The position numbers and the translations under genes were made by a program. A DNA stretch of 53,815 nucleotides, the filler included, from Bipalium vagum (taxonomy: Eukaryota): assembly GCA_037834085.1 (NCBI GenBank). It is 3 parts of 3 records of this genome, joined end to end, with 100 filler letters (N's around TTAATTAATTAA, not from the genome) between each part and the next. Parts side by side here need not be neighbours in the genome. Positions count along the whole stretch, not along the records: positions 1 to 18,464 come from JBBMKC010024520.1; 2 more parts are not named here. One strand, given 5' to 3'. Shown here piece after piece: positions 1 through 11,859 of this stretch (positions are counted from its first letter, which is position 1; every line of letters starts with the position of its first letter). The notes beneath the pieces are model-generated. The model saw only the letters and a list, made by a program, of their open reading frames with translations, was not told the origin of the DNA and did not search any database.

Positions 1-5
1 TATTA

Positions 6-38
<33 letters not shown>

Positions 39-58
39 TTATTATTATTATTATTATT
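1..58. repeat. (TTA)n microsatellite
   Basis: Direct reading of a trinucleotide tandem repeat at the window edge. Confidence 0.95.
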
Positions 59-221
59 TACTTTTATTATTCTTTTTAATATTATTAATTATTATCATTA
101 CTATTCCTATCACTAAATGATAATTCCCATAAGAATAGGCGTTAAGAATAAGCATAATTTAAGGATAACTCGTTATATGGTTATATAAATGGAAAAATAT
201 AATGGACCATTTATGACTACA

Positions 222-690
222 CTTTGGCTGAGAGAAAACATCATCTGCATGGGAACAAAACACACCCCTTAACAATCGTTGCTGCAGCCGTCCAATATCA
301 ATAAGGACCATTAAAGGAGACTCCATTAGCTTCTCTGAACCACCACGGAAATAAAAATGCTTTTCCCTAACATTTTAATTACGTCCTCAAGTCTTCCCAG
401 TGCATCTTCGCAGCATTTTGTTATCATTTTCAATTACCGTTGCCTCGCAACACTAAAATAATTTGTATCGATATTGTTCCAAAGCTTCAGACAGGGTTTC
501 AGGCCTTTGATTTATTTTTATCCTCGCTTGGCCTTCTCTGTTTTTCTCCAAAGCTTACCTCAAGGAGAAAATATTGCGTCTTTTCAGCAAATACGAAAAG
601 CATTGGGGATTTCATTTAGGTTTTCGTTAATGTTGATGCTGAATATAATTAATATTATTATTATAATATTATTATTATTAATATTAGTAT
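222..690. repeat. ~450-bp duplicated segment, copy 1 (copy 2 at ~3430-3900); possibly a decayed kinase-like coding remnant on the minus strand
   Basis: Shared blocks such as catgggaacaaaacacaccccttaacaatcgttgctgca and atttcatttaggttttcgttaa occur in both copies. The minus-strand translation is full of stops and only weakly kinase-like. Confidence 0.75.
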
Positions 691-1890
691 TATTAGTATT
701 ACATATATTAATTAAAGTACAGTGCATATTGAGATTGAAATAAGAGATAAAATAACTTTTTAGAACTTGTGGCTGTTTATGAATTGTGAAAGCTTTTTAC
801 CATTTCTCAACTTCTTCAGTTTCCGAAATCATGATTCAAGAAACTCTAATCCAGCGACCATTGAACCCAAAAGAAGGTCAACTTAACCCGTCGTACATTT
901 TCCCCAGGTTTCAACAAAAATCAAAACTGCAGCTCAATCAAAATTTATTTATAAAATTTATTTCTGATACGGCCAAAGGTTTTCAGTTTTCCAATATCTT
1001 GCTGCTTGTTTTACCAAAATGGCCTTGGACCTTATTGTCGTTGTTTCGTTTTTAACAACCCAGTAATAAACTGTTGAATCGACTGACGGGAATGTTACAT
1101 TTCTGCGTCTTTTCTTTGGTATCGACGAATTCTCGGCATTTTCTGCACATTTCGACATTTTTTGAACAAATCTTTTTGGGTATTCTTCGACTCTTTCACA
1201 AACCTAATTAAATCACAAATTGTTAGGGAAAGCCATTTATTTCATTCAAAAAGATTGCGAAACCTCTTTATTATTTAAACAAGCAATATTTAAAAGAGAA
1301 CTAAGAGTGTGTGAAATTAAAAATCACTGTCTAATAGTGAAGTTATAAAATCCTTTCATAAGCATTGACAGCAACCAAATTGGGACTAGAAAAATCGTGA
1401 ATTTATAAGCTTTGTGAAGTTAGCGATGGTGAAGTTACGTTTTTAATGACTGAATAGACATTAAAAATATTGTGATTTTCATTGAAATCGAAAAAGAGCA
1501 GATTTTTACTAAGCTCATAAAATGGATGGGATTTAATATTATTTTAAGTAGCTTTAACGGGATTGATCAGGTTGAGTTCGTATGTTATTCTGACCTCAGT
1601 GAGCAGAGTGGAAAAATTGTAACCTTGTAAATGGACAACCTTGCCACAGAAATGGTCATCTGTGTGTTCAATGACCAGAAATAGATTTAGTAGAACATCC
1701 TAATACGAAAAATATATTGAACAAAAGGATTTCACTTACACTTTAATTAAGTAAAGCAAGTCTTTCTCCAAAATTTATTATTGCCACTTACAAAGTGACA
1801 CAAAATGAAGAAGAAAAGAAATTGCCTTGCTCATATGTCTATCATCAGTTATATATGTCAATAAACGAGTTCCAAACAATTCAGTATAAC

Positions 1891-2651
1891 TCAATAAAAT
1901 CGGGACCATCCTCCATGTCCTTTGTATGCAGATTTTAATGAGCTATCCACATAAACTGACAGCATACAATACATTTCACGAGAGACCATGAAGTAGAACG
2001 ATTTGCAGTATGGAGACAGCAGACATCTGAAAAGAAAAATCAATGGACGAAAAAAAAAACCAAAAGTATAAGCCTTAATGCACATTCCAAATCCGAATCA
2101 GCTCCATATTTTTCAAAACAACCACTTCCGTTATCCTCATTGAAGATTTTTGAGTAATTTTTCATGAACCATCTTGAATGAATTTGTTTTGTTTCTTCAA
2201 AAACGCAAATAGATTTCTTTTTGTTCGTACAACCACTAGTGGTTAACTTATTTCCATTGAATAGGACACAATCTTTTCTGCCTCCATTTGGATGATCTTT
2301 ATCCCATAAATCAATGTCCTTCATTTCAGTTCCGTCTACTTGCACCCATCCAGTTTTTGACGTGTTTCTCTCATTCAACAGATCATTAATGCCCGTATGA
2401 TACAATGACTTTTCTAAAGCAGATTTAATATTTCTCAACTCATTCGAGAGCGGTAAGCGACCATTCTTCTCAGTACACATCTTCCACGCCTCACACAAGT
2501 CTCCTTCGATGCGATTTACAAACATGCAAGTACCGTTGAACAAAGAAAAAGGCTCGAGGCATAACAAATGCACTTTGTACAGCAGTTGTAAAAAATAAAA
2601 GATAACTTGAATCCAGTCCATGACGAAATGAAATTCATTTGACGCTTCCAT
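1891..2651 (-). CDS. Secreted C-type lectin-domain protein with a C-terminal PAN/apple-like cysteine module; 2 exons (2651 or 2621 to 2074; 2026 to 1891)
   Basis: Hydrophobic N-terminus (MDWIQVIFYFLQLLYKVHLLC). CTLD pattern: C..PF....GTC, AWKMC...GRL, TGINDL, W..DG, W....P....DCV, C......ICVFE. Removing a 47-nt intron (2073-2027, GC..AG) joins ECALR to CLLSPYCKSFYF...C.L, a PAN-like CxxxC motif. Confidence 0.75.
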
Positions 2652-3074
2652 CTTTAAATAATATCTATAATTGAAAAATTAGGCCGACCAATCAAATGAA
2701 AGTATTTCTTACTCTTTTGGTTGGGTTTTTTGTTGGACATTCTGATTTTCTAGAACCAAAAGAAAAATTGTAAACTCCTGACTTGAGTAAGAACATTTCT
2801 CCTTCTGAGATGATCCTTCAGTATTGATGATAAAGATTTGTTTAGTGACATTAGTACTAAAAAAACGTTTAATAGTGCATCTAATAATAAAATATATTTA
2901 AATGTACTTTTAATAATGATTTTTCCTTCTAATTATTTCTTTTTTAGTAATATCTTAATATAATATGTGTTTGTTGAGTTTTGATAAAAAGACACATGTT
3001 ATTGATTAATTGAATTTGTGACATTTTTTATGTAATAGTATTATCCTATTTTGTCAATTATTACAATACTCAAA

Positions 3075-3250
3075 TCGATGTGTGAGTTGCGGAGAACAAT
3101 CCGCAAATTAAATGGTCTGTCTATAAAGTAAAGAGACTGGATCAACAAAGAATACTCTGAAATTACCCAAAAGATCAACCAGATTGTTCGAGCAGACCGT
3201 CGATTGAGTGTCCGGATGATTTCTGAGATGACTAACATTGATAAAAACAC
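3075..3250 (+). mobile_element. mariner transposase N-terminal (HTH) remnant
   Basis: Translates to ..VRADRRLSVRMISEMTNIDK, the typical mariner D.R.T.R.IA helix-turn-helix region. Confidence 0.5.
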
Positions 3251-3429
3251 TGGAATTTTTTTTTAAATTCTTTTTTCATAATTTTTTTAATAAAATACGT
3301 TTCTGCTGATGAAAAGGCACATTATATTTGTAAGGATCAAATTTTGATTAATATTAGATCATAAATATTTTTAAAATAATTTTAATAAATTTAAAACTTT
3401 TTATCGATTGTTCAGATATCTTCCCCTTA

Positions 3430-3900
3430 CAGTTTGGCTGGGGCGGCTGAGAATAGACATCATCTCCATGGGAACAAAACACACCCCTTAACAATCGTTG
3501 CTGCAACCATCCATACCAATGAGGACCATTTTAGGATACCCAAATATTTTTTCTTAACGACCGCGGAAATAGAAATGCCTTTCCCCAACATTTTAATTGT
3601 GTCCTTAAATCTTCCTCTGTGCATATTCGCAGCCTTTTGTTATCATTTTCAATAATTGCCACGCAACACTAACAAAATCGATATTGCTACGAGGTTTGTG
3701 TAGGACAGGGGTTTAATTGATTCATTTTTATCCTCACTTGGCCATCTCTGTTTTCCTCCAAGGATTACTTCAAGAAGGGAATATTTCTTCTTTTCATCAA
3801 GTACAAAACGCATTAGGTATTTCATTTAGGTTTTCGTTAAAATTTAGGTTGAAAATAATTAATATTTATTATTAGTAATATTTAAAATTAGTTATAATTA
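3430..3900. repeat. ~450-bp duplicated segment, copy 2
   Basis: Direct-orientation similarity to 222-690. Confidence 0.75.
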
Positions 3901-4448
3901 TTCTTGACATTTCCAATGTCTCAAGGATGGTCTGAAAGAGTAATATTGTCCAGCCTAAATATCTTTGTAGTTGCATGAGGAGATTGTTGAGTATTGAACT
4001 CGATAAGGACTTTTAAAGGACTGTTATCAATAGCCGGTTGTCGCTGTGAACGACAATTGTTTTTATCTATTATACCAACGCTTGGCAAACATTTCGTGCA
4101 ACCTCTGATGTATTATATAACAGAAACATTCGAATTTATGCCGTTGTCATTTTTTTAGATCGATTTTTTATAATCCAAACAAGATAAAATAATAATATCA
4201 AGTTCTATTTGAATATAGATTTAGTTTTACCTGTCCTAATATTGTAAATCAATAATTGTGAAATATCAACCGAAATCTGAATAAACCAATGATACCATTT
4301 TATAGACTAAATCTGGCCTCAATATATGTGTTAGGATCCATAGAAAAAATCGTTATCAATTATCTTTGTCCAACGGTCATGTTAACCTTCAATATTATGT
4401 TTGAGGAACCCCTTGTCCTTCGGATAAACTTGTTCTGAATGAACTTAC

Positions 4449-4919
4449 TATTTGTAAATAAAACGACGATCTCTCCGGAATCGATCTTTCCGAGTTGAGT
4501 CACAAATCTGAATGAAAATAAGCACCATAATATGATGAAGGAGAAATGGAATACCTTCCATTTAAAAAGGTGTCAACCAGAGGGTGATCTGGAGCGAAAA
4601 ACCTAAGGTAATTCTGAAAGCCTCTTTCAGATGCTCTTACCGTGCAGAAGTTGTTGATTCTCTTCTGGGCCTTCGCGTAGAAAAATTTCGATGTCTTTAA
4701 GATTTGTAACAGCAAATTGGCATATGTATCACAATGGCCCTTTTATTATAGAACTGACAAAGTCTCCTTACCCGTGGGACATTGAAGGTGAGACATGGAC
4801 TTTACCCACCTGTGCAGACTTTCGATGTGAGCATTGACCTGCGAGGGATCCTCGTTCAGCTCCTTGATTGCCACCTTCCTGGCATTTTCGTCAATCTCGT
4901 ATTCATATTGGTTTGCCAT
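4449..4919 (-). pseudogene. CRAL-TRIO family gene copy A (exons 1-3 only; probable pseudogene)
   Basis: MANQYEYEIDENARKVAIKELNEDPSQVNAHIESLHRWVKSMSHLQCPT, then LLQILKTSKFFYAKAQKRINNFCTVR, then FVTQLGKIDSGEIVVLF, colinear with the copy at 13131-16564. The exon-2 acceptor AG reads AT here (gatacat/atgcc versus ggtacag/atgcc). No later exons were found. Confidence 0.8.
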
Positions 4920-7259
4920 GGAATTTTTATAATAAATAAAGTTTCGTCGACTTCCATATAATATACGTATACATTGCAAAGTCTGACCTTTGTAAAGGTC
5001 TCTTGTTGAACCACATGTCCGTTACATCATAAAATGTGCGAGCTTTGGATATGATACAGATTGTGTAAATGATAACCAAATTAGTCTAAACGAGACTAAG
5101 GTCTCTTCGTCATTCTCCTATTCATATCTGTCGGCCCTGAACCCTTCAATCAGTTAATAAACAATACTTCTTTTGACCTAACAACGTGCCGAAGTATGAA
5201 CTTTGGAAGTTACGGGTGTTGTAACCAACGAGATTTTTGTCCTTTATCTTTGATGAGGTCATTTAAGGTATGCGAATCCTAGCCAAAATAAAAAGTTTCA
5301 TAAAACTCATGAAAGTCTAGCAAAAGGTTTCATGTGACTTATTATGATCAATGTAATGTTTGCGAATTGAAAGGGACAAGGAAGGGAAGTTCCATAGGTT
5401 CAGCACCATATATACTCATCTGGTCTGATTCTTTCATAAGAGTTGAGATCTTAATGAATTCATCTTGTTGGAATGAATAGTTCGTATCATCTTCAGATAT
5501 ATGTACGTACGGTTATCCCCTTGAATCTCCAGTCTTCTGAAAAGAAAATTTTTCTTCCTGAATGGCCAATACTGCGACAGAGAAAGTCAAAAGATAAACA
5601 TCAAGTTCTACTTCTCTAATTTTCATAAAACTGTTAGTAACCTTAACAAAATATGTTGGAGGCTATACTTAGTAAGTTCTATAATATAAGAACTTTCCAA
5701 AAATAGCAAAAACCCACATATTACTCTATTAATGGAAAGTTTTATTTTCCACCAATCAAGAGATCGGGAATGTGAAAATCAGGAGTATACAATCTCTTCG
5801 TTTTCTCATTCAAATTGCAATTTACTTCGCATTAGACAAGTTAAGCTGGTAATAATAAAAGGTACGCTTCGACTATTAAACACGTGCATCGATCTTTTTT
5901 GAGAAAAATCTAAATAATTTAATAATCATCAACGTATTCAGAGCAAATACTCTACAATACGTTCTTTTTATTATATTCTCTCGTTTCTGTTTTTTCTTAT
6001 CTTGATAATTCGATTTCTCTTCGCTCTAGGCGACAGAACTCATATTTCTCACATTAGGGCTTTAATTAATTAATATTGTTATTGTGATAAGATTTTTATT
6101 TGTTTTACAAAATATATTTTTGTAGCAAAAATCGTGACATTTTAGTTGATTTAATTAGACTTAGTTCGTATGTTAGAACACCTATTTGTTACATTACCTT
6201 TGACGTAGTTGGTGAGTCCATTTCTAACCTATATTAATAGTGTTAGGTTTTTTATATTTTCGAGATTAAATCTCACAGTAAACGACGAACCAAACATTTA
6301 CATGTCCAAAGACACGATTATATTAATAGATGTGATAAAAAATTTTGGTTTTCAAGTCTTGTATTTCCAAGACTATCAATGTGAATTGCGCACAGACAGT
6401 TGAGACGAATAAGATGGAAGAGGTCGTGAAAAGCATATATGCAAAAATCTGGTTCATAAGACCATACCATCACAACCCTAATTGCTAGATTGAACGGAAA
6501 TTTATCCTCCTCTGTATCATTTTTTCTAACTGGTGAAGCTTCAGTTGGAGAAATCACAAACTTATCTTATAATGAAAATTAATGGGAGGCCATGGCAGAC
6601 GCGGTTGACCCTGCCTTCTTCGTTGCTCATAGGAAGGCATTAAAATAACATTTGTGAGATACCTCAAATATATATTTATGACATTTTTTTACTTAATAAC
6701 CATTATATTTTTATTCCACACCAAAAGCTGACCCCTTCAATCATATTTATTATTTGCAAATATAAATAAGTATATAATTAAGCTGGACATATATTCTGTC
6801 TTGTGAATGAAGTCCTATTACTACGTAAGCATGATGAGCATAAAAGTTGAAATAAAAGAAAAATATTAGAAGACGTTCTCAATTTTGTATACGTCCCTCT
6901 TTTGTCCAAAGTTTCCGATTCGAAATCCGAATGGCTGGCTAAGAAGATCAAAGTCTCCTGAGGTCGTTTCGATTCATCTACACCAATGGATTGAAGAGGA
7001 TGACCATTCTCATAAAACTCTCCGAACCTTTTACTGAACCTTTCTATAAGAAAAATTAATTCCACTGACCACATCAATGCATACCGGCGTATTCGTCCAA
7101 TGTGATCCCTTGACCGTTGAGGTCTTTCGGTAAAACTTTCTCAAGTCCCGCCAGTTTTTCAGTAACTTTTGAGATGTTATGGCTGAAACGGGAGGTCTTA
7201 ATGGATTTTTTTATCAACATTGCTAAAGCATTTTTTTCGGTCATATATTTTCATTTTTA

Positions 7260-9001
7260 GATACAAACCAATGCAATCATTTAATTCCTCAAAATGTATC
7301 AAGTCAACAAGTTCCCTATTATGTGTATCAGGAAGCAGAGTACTTCCGAACGACTGTAAAAAAATGTATTTTGTATTTTATTGTGGAGGGAGATATCATA
7401 CTTCCATCCTGGGAACAAAAATGATGCCTCGCGAATTGCTAATTAGTAGAGAAGAATGCGAAAATGCCTTCAAGTACAATAAACTGCAAATTGATAGTAC
7501 ATTGTCTATTCACGTTGCACCAAATACGATATCGCGAGAAACATTAGTCAGAGGAGTTATTTATTCAGGTGGAAGTTGTCAAGGAAAGACGGTTAATTGA
7601 CAAGGTCAACAATTAGATAACGTAGTCAAAATAGAGGACCACGAAGTCGAGCTATTGATTTATGAGGGTACATTTAATACAGATACAGGAATTCTAACAA
7701 ATTACCCATCATGTCAAAGCAAAAAAGAATATTGTAGGACATCAGGAGCCACACTATTGTATAATGCTCCGCCAACCGAATGTAATCTCAGACTCTTAAA
7801 AAGAAGTTAGTTCACAGAGATACACGGAGTCCTAGTCGAACCTAAAGCCAGTAGCCTAACAAAACTAGACAAAAATTTTCGCTCACAAGGTGTCAGGATG
7901 ACACAGTCAAATGAACAAGTTATCCCTTCTGTTCTTATTCAACAAAAAGAACAGATGAGATTTGTCAGAAAAGACAATATATTTAAATGTGGTCAAAACA
8001 TGTTCACTACAAATTATAAGGGAATACTTGTATAACAACAGCCTGCAGAAGGGGCACAGAAAAAAGATACAATAGACATCAAATTAGCTCAATAGGTAAA
8101 CAATAAACTGGATTTTGTTTACCATGATTTGCAATCACAATTAAAGGAAATGTATACGGAAACAGTCCTCAATGATTGTAAATTAGCCCAATAAATACTT
8201 CGAAACCGGTTATTGATAGCAGTAAATAATCCGGAATTAGCATCACCCTTTTTATTGAAGGAAGGAGTGTTTGGGCGAGTAATGGGAGAAGCGTTATATA
8301 CATACAAATGTCAAATGTATGAAGCACCGGTAGCAAAATATAATGGTTGTACCAATGATTTACCTATCATACACAATGGTGAATTACGATTCGCCGCGCC
8401 AATCACTGGGATACTACTTAAGAAAGGTCTCCAAGCAGCTAAGTCTGTATGTGGACCTGTACACCCTTATATAAATTTGGAAGTCAATGAGTGTCTCTAC
8501 CGGAAAGGAAAAGTCCGCGTGAAAAAGTGTATACGCTCGAAGGAATTAATTTAGACAGTAATTTAATTCTGACCAATAAACAACCTCAATGAAGGAGGTA
8601 TTTATACTGAAAAAAGATTAGAGGAAGCCAGACGGTCAATATTGTTTCCTCCAACTCAAGAGAGAAGCTTTCACGAAATCATATCCCAAATTTATAACCA
8701 TCAGACGAGAAAGACTGATTATAATTTATTATTTGGCCCAGATCATTACGTCAAAGCAGCCAAAAGCGTAATGCAATATATATGGGGTGGATTCAAAAGC
8801 TTCGGAACAATTGTAGCTGGATTTTCAGGAATCTATTTTTTATGGCTAATATTAAAAACCGTCATATCAAGATTCATATCATGTGCAGATTTATATGAAA
8901 CAATGGGATTTACATGGAAATTAATCCTTGGTATATGCCCACCGTTTGCAAATAATGTATTACATCGTAAACACCGCACAGAGATACGGTCGTTACGGTA
9001 G
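7260..9001 (+). pseudogene. Chuvirus-like / gB-type (class III fusogen) envelope glycoprotein, 5'-truncated, with in-frame stops
   Basis: Reading through stops gives FYCGGRYHTS..SREECENA..GGSCQG..KCGQNMFTTNY..VNNKLDFVYHDL..NDC..NPELA..GRVMGEALYTYKC..CTNDLPI..FAAPITGIL..GGIYTE..LFP..WGGFKSFGTIVAGFSGIYFLWLILK (TM)..GFTWKLILG. This is the motif series recalled for chuviral glycoproteins and related retroelement envs. Confidence 0.78.
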
Positions 9002-9339
9002 GTACATCTAAATAATTGTTTTACGGTGATAAGACCACCATCTCCAATTTATCGAGAGGATAAGCTTACAAGGAAGGGAGAGGACATATCAACAGAACCT
9101 CATAAAATATATAAAAAATACGAGCTACAAAATTTTAAACAAAATTTTCCGGTAATAGGAGAAGCTCCGCTATCTGCATTACCTCCATATAAGGTAAACA
9201 GTTTACCAAAATTATCAGATGCAGCACACGGCGATACTTTCAGAAAACCATTATATCCAGCTCATGATATAAAAACTCTGAATAGACAATATGAAGAGGA
9301 ACAGAGAAGATTGGAACAAGGTATTCCTTCACTTTATTG

Positions 9340-9700
9340 TTTTATGGCTCTAAATCCCATAACAAATGAGGATTTACGACCAACAATAAAAACTCGAATA
9401 AATAAGCATCATGTACATGCACTAATAGATACTGGTTCACAATCAACCCTATTAGATGCCAGAATGCTTAACCAACAGGAAAAAGAAAAGGTGCAGAGAA
9501 CGGACAGTACAATAATAGGGATAGATGGTAAATGAATGCCACTATTAGAAACCCTAGAGTGTATTGTTACGATCTTAGATCAAAAGGTCTTGCATAACGT
9601 GGATATTATGGAAAATAATTCCAATGATTGCATCATAGGTATGGACCTACTCTCAAAATTACAAAATCTTACATTAGATTTTGCAACAAAACAATTACAG
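9340..9700 (+). pseudogene. Retropepsin aspartic protease
   Basis: HALIDTGSQSTLL, IIGIDG and DCIIGMDLLSKL; one internal TGA at 9533-9535. Confidence 0.9.
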
Positions 9701-10149
9701 GTCAACACAAGAAAAAGTAAAGCTTGTGACTTGGCAGAAACAGTAGTAATTGAAGAGATTACTAAAATTCCACCTAGATCAGAACAAATCTGTCTAGTAA
9801 GTACGAATTTGAAAGAAGGAGACGAATTAGTCTTCGAACCAACCTTAATAAACAATAAACATGAATATATTGTGGTATGTAACAGTGTTGGCATAGTAAA
9901 AAATGGAAAAATTCCAATCAGAGTAGCCAACCTGGGTATAAAACAAGTAGTTTTATTACCCATTACTAAGATGGGTACAGTAAATAAATACGAATCAGCA
10001 GTTCATACCACAGAAAAGTCTAAATATAAATATTATGAGCCTGTAAAGGTAGAAACTCCTACCTTGACAAAAGAGCAATAAGAAAAATTTACCTCTTTGT
10101 TGCGAAAATATCCAACAGTGTTTGCCAAACACAACTTTGCCAAACACCA

Positions 10150-11430
10150 CAATTTTAAAACATAAAATTCCTCTATTGGATCAAAATCCAATTAAACAAA
10201 GGCCGTACAGAGTACCATATGCTCTAATACCCGAAGTGGAAAAGACTATTGACACTTGGCTTGAACAAGATATAATCAGACATAGCTCATCACCATGGTG
10301 TTCACCTATGTTGTTGGTTAAAAAGAAAGGAGGTGAATGGCGGCTATGTATTGATTTTCGTAAAATAAATGAGGTGACAATAAAGGATAACTATGTATGA
10401 TACATTAATGTATGTATGATACATAAATGTATGATACATTAGGACGATTTACTATATTCAGTACGATTGACCTACAAAGTGGATACCTCAATATTGAAAT
10501 AGAAGAGGACACAAAACCAATAACCGCTTTTGTGACCAACAAACGGCTATTTGAGTTTAATAAAATGCCGTTCGGTCTCACGAGCGCGCCAGCAACTTTC
10601 CAGCGGTCCATGAATATAATGGTAATGGACGTAGATCATGCTATGGTGTATATAGCTGACACCATACTTTATTCAGAATCCTTTGAACATTTAAAAAATG
10701 TTGAAAATGTGTTAAAAAGGATAAAAATTGGAGGTTTTAAAAGACTGGGGAAAATACCTAGTTAAATATCTCGGGCATGTAATATCGGCAAAAGGGATAG
10801 AACCAGATCCCGATAGTGTTAAGAAAATTATCGATACACTAAATCCAAAAACAGTTAGAGATGTACAAACTGTATTGGGAATCGGTAATTATTACAGAAG
10901 GCAAATAAAAGGATTTGCATCCATAGTAGCCCCAATTACAAAACTGTTACGTAAAGAAACACCATTTTTATGAGGAAAGGAACAAGATGATGCATTTAAA
11001 TTGTTAAAACAGAGGTTATCCGAAAACCCAGTTTTAAGATATCCAGATTTTTGTAAACCGTTCCTTCTCATGACAGACGCTAGTGGTGTAGCCATCGGAG
11101 CTGTATTAGGCCAAAGAGATGACAATGGTATTGAGTATGCAATAGCCTATGCAAGCCGTGGTCTTAAAAATCACGAAAAACACTATGCGGCAGTAGAATT
11201 GGAGTGTCTTGCGAAAATTTTCGCTATTGACAAATTTAGAACTTATCTATGGAGGCGGAAGATAATAATTCTTATCGACCATAACCCATTGCAATATTTA
11301 TTAAAGCATAAGGATTCGACATCCAAGCTCGTCAGATGGGCACTCAAATTACAACCTTACTATTTAGAAATACAATATCGTAAAGGAAAGGCGAACACCA
11401 ACGCCGATGCCATGTCGAGATCATCATTCG
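10150..11430 (+). pseudogene. Reverse transcriptase and RNase H (frameshifted)
   Basis: ORF pieces 10122-10400, 10427-10765, 10728-10973 and 11001-11498 carry consecutive Gypsy RT/RH motifs. Confidence 0.93.
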
Positions 11431-11534
11431 CAACAGAAAATGATTTAGTGGCAAACCTCGTAAAAACAGTTTGTGCCGTACGCAAACTAATACTATAGAT
11501 AGGTTAAAAGTTATAGATAGATAGATAAGATAAG

Positions 11535-11859
11535 TTAATTTATCCACCAGAAAAACATTGTCTCGTATACGAAAAAAATACTACTGGCCAACAATGTGCG
11601 AGGACATTAAAAAATGGTGTAGAACATGTCCAGTATGTCAAACACAGAGAAATACAGGGGAAAGCTAAAAATGCCATTAAAGCCAATGCTAGTTCCACAA
11701 GCACCCATGGAAACAATTGCAATGGGTATAACAGGACCATTTTCGGTATCCATAAATGGGAATACTTATATTTTGGTCATGTGCGACTATTTTACTAAAT
11801 GGCCTGACGCTTATGCCATACCAAACCATCAAGCCAGCACAATAGCAAAATCGAAATGA
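11535..11859 (+). pseudogene. Integrase fragment (Zn-finger C-terminal half and first part of the core)
   Basis: KYYWPTMCEDIKKWCRTCPVCQ, then PMETIAMGITGPF...GNTYILVMCDYFTKWPDAYAIPN; truncated before the second catalytic Asp. Confidence 0.9.

Noticed and set aside
474-743. 89-aa ORF with a hydrophobic tail
   Set aside because: The hydrophobic stretch comes from ATT-rich low-complexity DNA, and the ORF is not preserved in the duplicate copy.
9580-9963. 127-aa minus-strand ORF and other antisense ORFs over pol
   Set aside because: Shadows of the plus-strand pol frame, with no motifs.
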